Source: Halogeometricum borinquense DSM 11551 (lineage in GTDB: Archaea > Halobacteriota > Halobacteria > Halobacteriales > Haloferacaceae). Taken from it: a DNA stretch of 32,000 nt. Under the pieces are notes generated by a model that saw only the letters and a list, made by a program, of their open reading frames with translations, searched no databases and was not told the DNA's origin. Location: positions 1,560,001 through 1,592,000 of the forward strand of contig NC_014729.1 in NCBI RefSeq assembly GCF_000172995.2. Reading direction: 5' to 3'. This document shows, one piece after another, positions 1 through 8,535 of the stretch. Numbering within the stretch: position 1 is the first letter of the stretch; each line of letters opens with the position of its first letter. Position numbers and translations under genes: made by a program.

Positions 1-1
1 C

Positions 2-112
2 GAGATGTTCGGCCGCATCGATCCGTCCCGTCTCGATTCGATGATTCCGTTCAAAGCCGTCGAGAACGAGGACAAGTGGCTGACCGCGTGGGAAGAGATC
101 AAATCGGCCTGA
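2..112 (+). CDS. 3' end of a gene running off the window edge; probably the solute-binding protein of the adjacent ABC transporter (partial)
   Basis: Frame 2 is open from the window edge and reads ...EMFGRIDPSRLDSMIPFKAVENEDKWLTAWEEIKSA, with stop TGA at 110-112, 6 nt before the first permease gene. The function is inferred from operon context and the Trp-rich C-terminal tail only. Confidence 0.4.
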   Translation, partial: EMFGRIDPSRLDSMIPFKAVENEDKWLTAWEEIKSA

Positions 113-118
113 CGACAG

Positions 119-1045
119 ATGTCCACGACATACGACCGCGACGGGGTTCGTGAACGACTCCTTCGTGCCGTCTCCTCCCGGCGAGCCAATCTCGGCGTCA
201 GCGCCGGACCGGCACTGGCGTGGCTGTTCTTCCTGCTTCTCGCGCCGTTGACGTTTATGGTGACGGTCAGCTTCATGACCGTAAACGAGTCGTACGCCAT
301 CGTCTGGGAACCCACGCTCGCAAACTACAGCGCGTTATTGAGTGGCGACGGGGCGTTCTGGCAGACGTCGTTCTTCAAGTCGCTGCTGTTGTCGTACTTC
401 ATCGCGGCGGTGACGACGGTTCTCTGTCTCACTCTCGCGCTCCCCCTCGCGTATCTGTTGGCCCGGCGCGGCGGACGGACGTTCAAGGTGGTCATCTTCC
501 TCGTCCTCCTGCCGTTCTTCACGATGTACCTCGTTCGGGCGTACTCGTGGTTCCTGATGTTCGGCCCCAGCGGCGTCATCAACGACACGCTGTTGACTAT
601 CGGCGTCGTCTCCGAACCGCTCGGCCTGTTCAACTTCGGCGTCCCCGCGATAATCGTCGGGTTGACGCACGCGTACTTCCCGTACATGCTCCTCTCGCTG
701 TACGCCAGCCTCGACGGCGTGGATTTCTCGCTCGTTGAGGCGTCGCGTGACCTCGGTGCGGGTCGGTTCGAGGCGTTCAAAGACGTGGTTTTGCCGCTCA
801 TCCTGCCGGGGATGATAAGCGGTAGTCTGTTCGTCTTCGTTCCCTCTCTCGGGGCGTTCATCACGCCACGCTTCCTCGGACAGGGGAAAGTATTGATGAT
901 CGGACAGCTCATCGAGAGCCGAATCAACTCGCTGTACGCCATCGGTTACGGGAGTGCCGCGTCGATGTTCATTATCGTCAGCATCGTCGTCGCGTTCGCA
1001 CTCGCGTTCCGCTACGTCAGCATCGAAGAGTTAGGAGGTGCCTGA
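119..1045 (+). CDS. ABC transporter permease (binding-protein-dependent inner-membrane component, PotB/spermidine-putrescine-like)
   Basis: 308-aa ORF with multiple hydrophobic helices and an EAA-type loop, VEASRDLGAGRFEAFKDVVLPLILPG. It is followed directly by a second permease gene. Confidence 0.85.
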   Translation: MSTTYDRDGVRERLLRAVSSRRANLGVSAGPALAWLFFLLLAPLTFMVTVSFMTVNESYAIVWEPTLANYSALLSGDGAFWQTSFFKSLLLSYFIAAVTTVLCLTLALPLAYLLARRGGRTFKVVIFLVLLPFFTMYLVRAYSWFLMFGPSGVINDTLLTIGVVSEPLGLFNFGVPAIIVGLTHAYFPYMLLSLYASLDGVDFSLVEASRDLGAGRFEAFKDVVLPLILPGMISGSLFVFVPSLGAFITPRFLGQGKVLMIGQLIESRINSLYAIGYGSAASMFIIVSIVVAFALAFRYVSIEELGGA

Positions 1046-1046
1046 G

Positions 1047-1943
1047 ATGGCGGCCGAATCCGAGTCTGAGACGGCCGCTGGTGCGCGGACAGATACCGAC
1101 GTTCGGTCACCGTCCCGTCTCGGCTACGAGAGCAGGGAGCGACTGCTGAAATACGGTCTCTACGGGGCCGCGGCCGCACTGCTCGTGTTCCTCTGGGTAC
1201 CGCTCTTGGTGATGATGTTCCTCTCGGTCGCCCAGAACGCCTCGACGCTGTTCCCCTTCGAGGGCTTCACGCTCTCGCACTACGCGGCAACGTTTGCAGA
1301 CACCGCGTTGATGGGGAGTCTATGGACGAGCGTTCAGATTGCGACCGTGTCCGCGATTATCGCCACCGTCCTCGGCGTCGCGGCGAGTTTCGCCCTCGCT
1401 CGGCACGACTTCCCGCTGAAGGAGGTGTACCGAACGTCTGCCATCCTGCCGATGGTCGTTCCCGGCATCATCCTCGGCATCGCGCTGCTCATCTTCTATC
1501 AGACGGTGCTCGGATTCACGATGGGGTTCGGAACCATCGTCCTCACGCACAGCGTCTACGGGTTGCCGTTCGTCGTCCTCATCGTGACGGCGCGGTTGTA
1601 CTCGTTTGACGAATCGCTGGAGGAGGCGGCCCGCGACCTCGGCGCAGACCCGGTGGAGACGTTCCGCGACGTGACGCTTCCAATCGTCGCGCCCGCCGTC
1701 GGTGCGGGATTCCTGTTCGCGTGGATTCGCTCCTTCGAGGACTTCATCCGCGCGTTCTTCGTCCGTGGGACGACCGACGTACTCACCACGTCGATGTTCT
1801 CGATGATCAAGTACGGTACCGCGCCGAAGATGAACGCCATCTCGTCGTTCATCGTCTTCGTCATCGCTATCGTCCTCGCGGTGGCGATGAATCTCGGGAA
1901 CGTCACGGGTTACGTCGCCGGAACCGTAGACGAAGAAAACTGA
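1047..1943 (+). CDS. ABC transporter permease (PotC-like second membrane component)
   Basis: The ORF track gives 1038-1943 with a GTG start. I prefer the ATG at 1047, 7 nt after a GGAGGT Shine-Dalgarno-like motif (1034-1039) and 1 nt after the upstream stop. EAA loop: EEAARDLGADPVETFRDVTLPIVAPA. About 6 TM helices. Confidence 0.85.
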   Translation: MAAESESETAAGARTDTDVRSPSRLGYESRERLLKYGLYGAAAALLVFLWVPLLVMMFLSVAQNASTLFPFEGFTLSHYAATFADTALMGSLWTSVQIATVSAIIATVLGVAASFALARHDFPLKEVYRTSAILPMVVPGIILGIALLIFYQTVLGFTMGFGTIVLTHSVYGLPFVVLIVTARLYSFDESLEEAARDLGADPVETFRDVTLPIVAPAVGAGFLFAWIRSFEDFIRAFFVRGTTDVLTTSMFSMIKYGTAPKMNAISSFIVFVIAIVLAVAMNLGNVTGYVAGTVDEEN

Positions 1944-1975
1944 CGGGGCTTCCTCGCGCGGGACCCGACCGCTGA

Positions 1976-1980
1976 TTTTT
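1976..1980 (+). terminator. T5 run between convergent genes; candidate archaeal oligo-T terminator for the ABC operon
   Basis: gctgatttttcg lies 33 nt after the permease stop, and oligo-T tracts act as terminators in haloarchaea. No experimental support is visible. Confidence 0.25.
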
Positions 1981-1984
1981 CGTT

Positions 1985-3994
1985 CTACCGCGCGTCTCGA
2001 ATCTCGTCTAACGCGTCGGGATTCTCGATACTGGAGAGGTCACCGGTGTCCTCGCCCTGATGGACGGCGGCGATGGCCCGGCGGATGATCTTGCCCGATT
2101 GCGTTTTCGGGAACTCCGAGACGAACTTGAGTTCGCGCGGCCGGAACGGCTTGCCCTGTTCTTCGCCGACGAGTTCGCGCAGTTCCTCGCGCAACTCGTC
2201 CGTCGGTTCGACATCGTCTTCGAGGACGACGTAGGCGACGACGGCGGTGCCGGTGGTGTCGTCGTCAACGCCGACGGCGGCGGCCTGATTGACCGCGTCG
2301 TGTTCGATGAGGACGCCCTCTATCTCGGCGGGTCCGACCTTCCGGCCGGCCACGTTCAGGGCGTCGTCGGCGCGTCCGTGGAGGAACCAGAAGCCGTCTT
2401 CGTCCTTCTGCGCCCAGTCGCCGTGGTCCCACAGCGGCGGGTCCTCGAACGACGACCAGTACTCCTTCAGGTAGCGTTCGTCACCGCTCCAGAGGCTCTT
2501 TGTCATCGATGGACAGGAGTCGCGGGCGACGAGGAAGCCGCGTTCGTGCGTGTCCGCGATGCTGTCGCCCGCGGAGTCCACGATGTCGATGTTCATCCCG
2601 AGGCCCGGCCCACCGAGCGAACACGGTTTGAGCGGTTGGCTCGGCATCGGCATGAGGAAACAGCCGCAGATTTCGGTGCCGCCGGAGATGTTGATGATCG
2701 GCGTGTCGCCACCGCCGACGTTCTCGTAGAACCACATCCACGATTCGGGGTCCCACGGTTCGCCCGTCGAACCGAGCAGTCTGAGCGTCGAGAGGTCGTG
2801 TTGCTCCACGTAGCCGTCGCCGTACTTCCGCAGGGCGCGAATCGCCGTCGGCGAGATGCCGAACGTGGTGAGACCGTGTCGTTCGATCATGTCCCAGAAC
2901 CGGTCGGGTTCGGGGTGGTCGGGCGCGCCTTCGTACATGAACACGGTGCCGCCGAAGGCGTGGTTGCCGATGAGCGTCCACGGCCCCATCATCCACCCGA
3001 TGTCGGACACCCAGAAGAAGCGGTCCTCGGGCTTGTGGTCGAAGCCGAAGTAGATCTCCTTGGCGCACTGCATCAGGACGCCCGCGTGGGTGTGGACGAT
3101 GCCCTTCGGTTCGCCCGTCGTCCCCGACGAGTACAAGAGCATCGACTCCTGTGAGGAGTCCAGTTCCTTCGTCTCGTACGTGCTGTCGGCCTCGGCTACG
3201 GTTTCGTGCCACCACTCGTCACGAGTCCTCCACTTGATCGATCTGTCCTCCCGCTTTTCGAATCCCAGTCGGTCGTAGACGACGGTGTGTTCGACGTGCC
3301 CGGCCTCCGCGATGGCGTCGTCGGCGGCGTCCTTCAGCGTGACCTCGCCGCCCCGGCGGTAGAAGCCGTCGGCGGTGAAAAGCACCGAACACTCCGAGTC
3401 TTCGATTCGCGTCGCCGTGGCGTCCACGCCGAACCCGGAGAAGATTGGGACGGCGATGGCACCGACTTTCAGACAGCCGTAGAGAATAGAGACGACTTCG
3501 GGCACCATCGGCATGTACAGTCCCACCGTGTCGCCCGTCTCGATGCCGTACGATTCGAGGACGTTCGCCACGCGGTTGGACTCGCGGTGGAGGTCGTGGT
3601 ACGTTATCTTGCGCTCGTCGCCGGGTTCGCCCTCCCAGATGAGTGCAACGTTGTTGCGCGTCTCCGAGTCGGGGGCGGCGTGTTTGTCCACGACGTTGTG
3701 AGCGACGTTGATACTGCCGCCGGGATACCACTCGGAAAACTGCGGGCCGTCGGTGTCGTCTCGAACTGCGTCGTAGTCCTCATAAAAGTCGATGTCGAGG
3801 TACTCGACGAGTTCGTCCCAGAACCACTCGACGCCCGACTCCGCGACCCCGTCCACATCGGTGCAGGTGCGCCGAATCAGTTCGTCGTAGTCTTCGATAC
3901 CGTACTCCTGCATGAACTCGTAGACGTTCGTCGATTCCACGAACTCCCGCGCCGGTTCGTGGACGACTTCGTCCGTGTCGGGTACCTCCATCAC
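1985..3994 (-). CDS. acs: AMP-forming acetyl-/acyl-CoA synthetase
   Basis: 669 aa with adenylate-forming motifs YSSGTTGEPKGIVHTH, GRADDALNVAGRKVGPAEIE and the C-terminal KTQSGKIIRR lysine motif. Divergently paired with a short-chain fatty acid transporter. Confidence 0.85.
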   Translation of the reverse strand: MMEVPDTDEVVHEPAREFVESTNVYEFMQEYGIEDYDELIRRTCTDVDGVAESGVEWFWDELVEYLDIDFYEDYDAVRDDTDGPQFSEWYPGGSINVAHNVVDKHAAPDSETRNNVALIWEGEPGDERKITYHDLHRESNRVANVLESYGIETGDTVGLYMPMVPEVVSILYGCLKVGAIAVPIFSGFGVDATATRIEDSECSVLFTADGFYRRGGEVTLKDAADDAIAEAGHVEHTVVYDRLGFEKREDRSIKWRTRDEWWHETVAEADSTYETKELDSSQESMLLYSSGTTGEPKGIVHTHAGVLMQCAKEIYFGFDHKPEDRFFWVSDIGWMMGPWTLIGNHAFGGTVFMYEGAPDHPEPDRFWDMIERHGLTTFGISPTAIRALRKYGDGYVEQHDLSTLRLLGSTGEPWDPESWMWFYENVGGGDTPIINISGGTEICGCFLMPMPSQPLKPCSLGGPGLGMNIDIVDSAGDSIADTHERGFLVARDSCPSMTKSLWSGDERYLKEYWSSFEDPPLWDHGDWAQKDEDGFWFLHGRADDALNVAGRKVGPAEIEGVLIEHDAVNQAAAVGVDDDTTGTAVVAYVVLEDDVEPTDELREELRELVGEEQGKPFRPRELKFVSEFPKTQSGKIIRRAIAAVHQGEDTGDLSSIENPDALDEIRDAR

Positions 3995-4063
3995 GTGCCG
4001 TGGTTCTCCGCGTTCTGTGAAGTAACTTTCCCGAACGATAATCCGGGTCTCGTTCGCCCAGAA

Positions 4064-4071
4064 CGTTTATG
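4064..4071 (+). promoter_or_regulatory. Candidate TATA box for the AtoE-like transporter gene
   Basis: cgtttatg is centred about 31 nt upstream of the ATG at 4099, consistent with a leaderless or short-leader haloarchaeal transcript. The ATG at 4069 proposed by the ORF track sits inside this element. Confidence 0.35.
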
Positions 4072-4098
4072 CCCGCTTCGCTCGCCACTAGTTGCGTC

Positions 4099-5532
4099 AT
4101 GTCAACAAACAACACATCAAACTCCGCGATTCAGCGCTTCGGTGCGCAGATGGCGAGCGTCGTCGAACGCGTGATGCCGAGTCCGTTCCTGTTCGCTATT
4201 CTCCTGAGTTACGTCGTCTTCGCTGGCGGCATCGTCGTCGAAGGGACGACCCCGGCGTCGATGGTCACGTACTGGTACAACGGGTTCTGGGTGTTGCTCG
4301 ACTTCGCCATGCAGATGGTGCTCATCCTCGTAACGGGCTATGCGCTCGCCTATCATCCGTTCGTCCAACGCGGTATCGAGAGGCTCACCTCGATTCCGAA
4401 CAACGGAAAGCAGGCCGTCGTCCTCGTCGGTCTCATTTCGATGGTCATCGCGTGGGTCCACTGGGGTCTCGGCCTCATCGTCGGCGCGGTGATGGCTCGC
4501 GAGATGGGTCGGCAGGCGGCAACACGGGATATACAGGTCCACTATCCGCTTCTCTGTCTCGCGGGCTACATGGGGATGGGGCTGACGTGGCATTGGGGTA
4601 TCGCCGGGTCCGCACCGCTCCTCATGAACACGCCGGGCAACGTCTTCGTCGAGCAGGGAATCATCTCGGATCTGATTCCGACCTCACAGACGGTGTTTCA
4701 CCCGTACACGCTGACGCTCGTCGTCACCGGCATCCTCTACACCGCTCTCGTTCTCTACCTCCTCGCGCCCGAACCTGCGGACACCGAGGGAATCACCGCC
4801 TACATCCCCGAGTCGAAACTGTTCGATTCGGCCGTAGACGGCGGCGAGGACGTTAGTAGTGTGGAGATGCCCTCCGATACGAGTGGCGTGACGGAACCCA
4901 CAACTCTGAGCGAGATGATAAACCAGAGCCGTCTGACCGGTGGGATTATCGCCCTTTCCGGCGTCGCGTTCGCCCTCTACACGTTCGCCACGCAGGGTCT
5001 CTCAGCGTTGAACCTCAACCTCGTCAACTTCCTCTTTCTCTTTCTCGGTCTCGCCCTCTACACCCAGCCAAAAGCCTACCAAGAGCAGTTCTACGACGCC
5101 ATCACCTCGACGGGCGGTATCGTCCTCCAGTTTCCCCTCTATGCGGGGATCATCGGCATGATGAACCGTTCCGGCCTCTCCGCGACGATGGCCGAGACGC
5201 TCGTCTCCCTTTCGACGGAAGCGACGTTCCCCGCCGTCGCGTGGATCACCGCCGCGGTTGTCAACGTGTTCGTCCCCTCCGGCGGCGGCGAGTGGACGGT
5301 CATCGGGACGACCGTCCTACAGGCGGCGAACGAACTCGGTGTCCCAGCAGGACAGGCGACCGTTGCCTACGCCGTCGGCGACGCACACACTAACCTCCTG
5401 CAACCGTTCTGGGCGCTCCCGCTCCTCGGAATAACAGGCATCCGCGCCCGCGACATGTTCGGGTACGGTGTCACGATGATGTTACTTCTGATTCCGTTCC
5501 TCGCAGTCGGCCTCATCTTCCTCCCGTATTGA
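4099..5532 (+). CDS. Short-chain fatty acid transporter (AtoE / TIGR00366-like)
   Basis: Polytopic membrane protein with blocks recalled from E. coli AtoE: GFWVLLDFAMQMVLILVTGYALA, QFPLYAGIIGMM, VPSGGGEWTVIG, QPFWALPLLGITG. Start moved from 4069 to 4099 on promoter geometry. Confidence 0.85.
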   Translation: MSTNNTSNSAIQRFGAQMASVVERVMPSPFLFAILLSYVVFAGGIVVEGTTPASMVTYWYNGFWVLLDFAMQMVLILVTGYALAYHPFVQRGIERLTSIPNNGKQAVVLVGLISMVIAWVHWGLGLIVGAVMAREMGRQAATRDIQVHYPLLCLAGYMGMGLTWHWGIAGSAPLLMNTPGNVFVEQGIISDLIPTSQTVFHPYTLTLVVTGILYTALVLYLLAPEPADTEGITAYIPESKLFDSAVDGGEDVSSVEMPSDTSGVTEPTTLSEMINQSRLTGGIIALSGVAFALYTFATQGLSALNLNLVNFLFLFLGLALYTQPKAYQEQFYDAITSTGGIVLQFPLYAGIIGMMNRSGLSATMAETLVSLSTEATFPAVAWITAAVVNVFVPSGGGEWTVIGTTVLQAANELGVPAGQATVAYAVGDAHTNLLQPFWALPLLGITGIRARDMFGYGVTMMLLLIPFLAVGLIFLPY

Positions 5533-5652
5533 CCGGGCTGACCGGGGATCTCACGATGGTCGCTTTCTCGGGTCACCGACCGTCGATGCGAGCCGTCAAC
5601 CGGCGTTATGATTCGCATAAATCCTTTTTTGCCCGCCCGCCTACCCTCCGGT

Positions 5653-6240
5653 ATGTACGTACGGGACGCCAAGAACCGCGAAGAGGTTTGGTTACTCGAC
5701 CGCATTGAGGAGTCGGGACTCGAAGACCCGGCGTTCCGTTCCCGAGACTACGTCATCGCACTCGATGAAGGGACGAACACGAAAGCCGGATTCGGTCGGA
5801 TTCGCGTTCACAAAGACGAGGGCGAGGAATGGTGTGAACTGGCGTTCGTCTTCACGCTCCCGGCGTGGCGGGACCAAGGAGTCGGTGCGCACGTGGTCGA
5901 ACGGTTGCTGACGAAGGCGAGCGACGAGGAGTTCGACCGCGTCTACACGTTCACAGTCGAACCCGACTACTTCCTCACGTTCGGGTTCCAGCCGGTGGAC
6001 AGCGACGACCTCCCCGAGATTCTCCAGGAACGACTCGAAACCGTCCGCGAGGAACGCGGCGAGGACGCCATCGCCATGCGCATTCAGCCCGGGCGATTCC
6101 GGATGCCTGATGAACTCCGCGAGCAGTTCAAGCGAGCTACGCCCGCAGACGCGCCTGACGAAGTGCAGATAGAGGAGACGGCCGAGGACTTCGGTATCGA
6201 CCCTGAGGAGACGACGTACAAGTACGATACCGGGCGGTAG
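5653..6240 (+). CDS. GNAT-family N-acetyltransferase with an acidic C-terminal extension
   Basis: Acetyl-CoA binding motif A-like LPAWRDQGVGAHVVERLL. Protein starts MYVRDAKNREEVW at the ATG at 5653 (track start 5608 is further upstream). Substrate unknown. Confidence 0.7.
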   Translation: MYVRDAKNREEVWLLDRIEESGLEDPAFRSRDYVIALDEGTNTKAGFGRIRVHKDEGEEWCELAFVFTLPAWRDQGVGAHVVERLLTKASDEEFDRVYTFTVEPDYFLTFGFQPVDSDDLPEILQERLETVREERGEDAIAMRIQPGRFRMPDELREQFKRATPADAPDEVQIEETAEDFGIDPEETTYKYDTGR

Positions 6241-6271
6241 CTTTCGAGTTACCGCTCACGTTTGCGGTTCC

Positions 6272-6559
6272 TCAGGTTCGGTCTTCGAGGAAGTCGGTGC
6301 TGAAGACCATGTAGGCGAGCAGGCTACAGAAGAGGATGGGCGGGAGGATGGCGAACGCCCACAGCGGTTCGAGCCCCCACTGGAGCAGGAACACGACCGT
6401 CAACAGGCCGATACTGAGGAACGGCAAGACGGCCAACACGGCCCGCTTTCGGTTTCGACCGCCTGCGTCCGGTTGGAGGGGGCTGTCCGGGTCGAACTCC
6501 CCTTCCACCGGCGCGTCCTCAGCCTCGTCATCCGCGGACGTAGTGGCGGAACTGCGCAT
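6272..6559 (-). CDS. Small two-TM membrane protein, function unknown
   Basis: Acidic N-terminus followed by two hydrophobic helices (AVLAVLPFLSIGLLTVVFLL, WAFAILPPILFCSLLAYMVF). The ATG at 6559 lies about 27 nt downstream of a cttttagg TATA-like box. The track start at 6580 is a GTG. Confidence 0.55.
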   Translation of the reverse strand: MRSSATTSADDEAEDAPVEGEFDPDSPLQPDAGGRNRKRAVLAVLPFLSIGLLTVVFLLQWGLEPLWAFAILPPILFCSLLAYMVFSTDFLEDRT

Positions 6560-6581
6560 AGACGTTTGTCGGTCTCCCACT

Positions 6582-6589
6582 CCTAAAAG
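6582..6589 (-). promoter_or_regulatory. Candidate TATA box (cttttagg on the minus strand)
   Basis: Centred about 26-27 nt upstream of the ATG at 6559, which is the canonical spacing for leaderless haloarchaeal mRNAs. Confidence 0.35.
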
Positions 6590-6635
6590 CGCCGCGCCTC
6601 CCGTCTCGATGACACCAAGACGGTCGAATCGCGCA

Positions 6636-6712
6636 CGCGACAGCGCTGTCGCGCGTCACGTGGGTCGTCTGTACTGCGGTTCGTCTGTACTGCGGGTTGT
6701 ATGTCACTGCGG
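6636..6712. repeat. 18-nt perfect palindrome (6636-6653, cgcgacagc|gctgtcgcg) followed by 2 exact and 1 degenerate copies of a 16-nt tandem repeat (tcgtctgtactgcgg at 6665-6679 and 6681-6695; degenerate copy to about 6712)
   Basis: Read directly from the sequence. It lies in the spacer between two same-strand small membrane-protein genes, and the last repeat overlaps the stop codon of the 6704-7000 gene. Confidence 0.6.
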
Positions 6713-7000
6713 GGCGTCTTCCATCCGCGAGGCGAGTTCGACGAGACCGAACAGGCAGACGAGGACGATAGTCGAGAGGACGATGCCGTAGAGTGTCATC
6801 GATACTGGCGTGGTCGGCAGGACGATGAGTCCGCCGAAGAGAGGGATTTCCGAAACGACCTCGGAGCCGTTGTTTCCGATGAAAAAGCCGATGATCCCTG
6901 AGGTGGCGACGACGCTGGCGCCGACGGCGATGAGAATCGACCGCCCAAGTCCTTCTTGCCCCGTCGGCATCTCGACGGCGGTGTCGGTTTCCGATGGCAC
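6704..7000 (-). CDS. Small membrane protein (2-3 TM helices), function unknown
   Basis: 98-aa ORF with hydrophobic segments ILIAVGASVVATSGIIGFFIG and LYGIVLSTIVLVCLFGLV and an acidic tail. The track start at 7000 is a GTG. An in-frame ATG at 6970 (MPTGQEG...) is an alternative start. Confidence 0.6.
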   Translation of the reverse strand: MPSETDTAVEMPTGQEGLGRSILIAVGASVVATSGIIGFFIGNNGSEVVSEIPLFGGLIVLPTTPVSMTLYGIVLSTIVLVCLFGLVELASRMEDAPQ

Positions 7001-7092
7001 ACTCCGAATAGGTGATCAGTACGTTTGGTGTTTCCCCTTCGCTGTGCCGACACGACAAACTACTACCGTCCTCCGGAGAAATCTCGCCTCAC

Positions 7093-7506
7093 ATGCCCGA
7101 ATCACTCGTCACTCGCGCCCGCGAGATGCTCGAACAGGCGCACGTCCCCTACTCGGAGTACCGTGTCGGTGCCGCCCTCCGAACCGCCGATGGTGAGGTA
7201 TTTGTTGGGTGTAACATCGAGAACGCGAACTACTCGAACAGCCTGCACGCAGAAGAAGTCGCCGTCGCGGAGGCGATCAAGAACGGTCACCGCGAGTTCG
7301 ACCGCCTCGCTGTCACGTCAGGTGCCCGCGACGGTGTTACACCCTGCGGGATGTGCCGACAGACGCTCGCGGAGTTCTGCGACGAGGACCTTGTTGTCGT
7401 CTGCGACGAGGGCGGCGAAGAGACGACCGAGTACACGCTCGGAGAACTCCTGCCGAACACCATCTCGCTGGATACGCTGGAGGCGGCGGAAGCAGAGCGG
7501 GAGTGA
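7093..7506 (+). CDS. cdd: Cytidine deaminase
   Basis: Zinc-ligand motifs NSLHAEEVA (H/C-A-E) and TPCGMCRQ (PCxxC). About 137 aa from the ATG at 7093 (MPESLVTRAREML...). The track start at 7012 is unlikely. Confidence 0.85.
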   Translation: MPESLVTRAREMLEQAHVPYSEYRVGAALRTADGEVFVGCNIENANYSNSLHAEEVAVAEAIKNGHREFDRLAVTSGARDGVTPCGMCRQTLAEFCDEDLVVVCDEGGEETTEYTLGELLPNTISLDTLEAAEAERE

Positions 7507-7568
7507 ACGGCCGCCGAAGCGGTCCGGGAAAACACAAACCCTTCAACCACGCTCTACGCAGGTAGTGT

Positions 7569-8387
7569 ATGGACGACAGCGAGGACCCGAACGACGAGGT
7601 CCAGTATCACATCGAACTCGCCTCCGAAGACGTTGCAGACGCCGTCCTCCTGCCGGGGAATCCCGAACGAGTCGATAAGGTCACCGCACTTTGGGATGAC
7701 GCCGAAGAGAAGGCGTACCACCGTGAGTACCGCACGGCGACGGGCACCTACGAAGGAACGCCCATTTCTGTCACCTCGACCGGTATCGGCAGTCCGTCGG
7801 CCGCTATTGCTATCGAAGAACTCGCCCGCGTCGAAGCGCAGACGCTCATCCGCGTCGGATCCTGCGGTGCGATTCAACCCGAAATGGATGTTGGCGACTT
7901 GGTTATCACCTCCGGCGCGGTCAGACAGGAGGGCACCTCTAAGGAGTACGTCCGTGAGGACTACCCCGCCGTTGCGGACCACGAGGTCGTCTCCGCCCTC
8001 GTCGCCGCCGCCGAACGACTCGGCTACGACTACCACGTCGGCTTGACGATGAGCGCGGACTCGTTCTACGCCGGACAGGGCCGTCCCGGATTCGACGGCT
8101 TCCGCGCCGCTGGGTCGGACTCGCTGGTCGAAGAACTGCAGGACGCGAACGTGAAGAACATCGAGATGGAGGCCTCGGCACTCCTCACCATCGCCAACGT
8201 CTACGGGCTTCGGGCCGGTGCGGTGTGCTCAGTCTACGCGAACCGCGTTACGGGTGAGTTCCGAACCGAGGGCGAGTCCCGCGCCGCCGAGACCGCGAGT
8301 CTCGCTGTCCACCTCCTCGCCAAGATGGACGAGAAGAAACGCGAGGCTGGCGTGGACCGCTGGCACGCCGGTCTGTCCCTCGACTGA
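7569..8387 (+). CDS. udp: Uridine phosphorylase / PNP-UDP family nucleoside phosphorylase
   Basis: PNP_UDP_1-type blocks LLPGNPERV, SVTSTGIGSPSAAIAIEEL, RVGSCGA and NIEMEASAL. Adjacent to cdd, giving a pyrimidine salvage pair. Confidence 0.8.
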   Translation: MDDSEDPNDEVQYHIELASEDVADAVLLPGNPERVDKVTALWDDAEEKAYHREYRTATGTYEGTPISVTSTGIGSPSAAIAIEELARVEAQTLIRVGSCGAIQPEMDVGDLVITSGAVRQEGTSKEYVREDYPAVADHEVVSALVAAAERLGYDYHVGLTMSADSFYAGQGRPGFDGFRAAGSDSLVEELQDANVKNIEMEASALLTIANVYGLRAGAVCSVYANRVTGEFRTEGESRAAETASLAVHLLAKMDEKKREAGVDRWHAGLSLD

Positions 8388-8505
8388 AGTCTCCTCTCGG
8401 TCACTACTCGGAGCAGTCGGCCTTTCTGGCGTGTCGTACACCCCGGCAATTTTGTCCGCTCCACGGCGCAGTCTGGCGATTTGAGTGGAAAGACGTTCCA
8501 AAGGC

Positions 8506-8513
8506 CATTTATT
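8506..8513 (+). promoter_or_regulatory. Candidate TATA box for ndh
   Basis: catttatt is centred about 26-27 nt upstream of the ATG at 8536. Confidence 0.4.
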
Positions 8514-8535
8514 GGATGCCTGCGGAGACTTTCGC

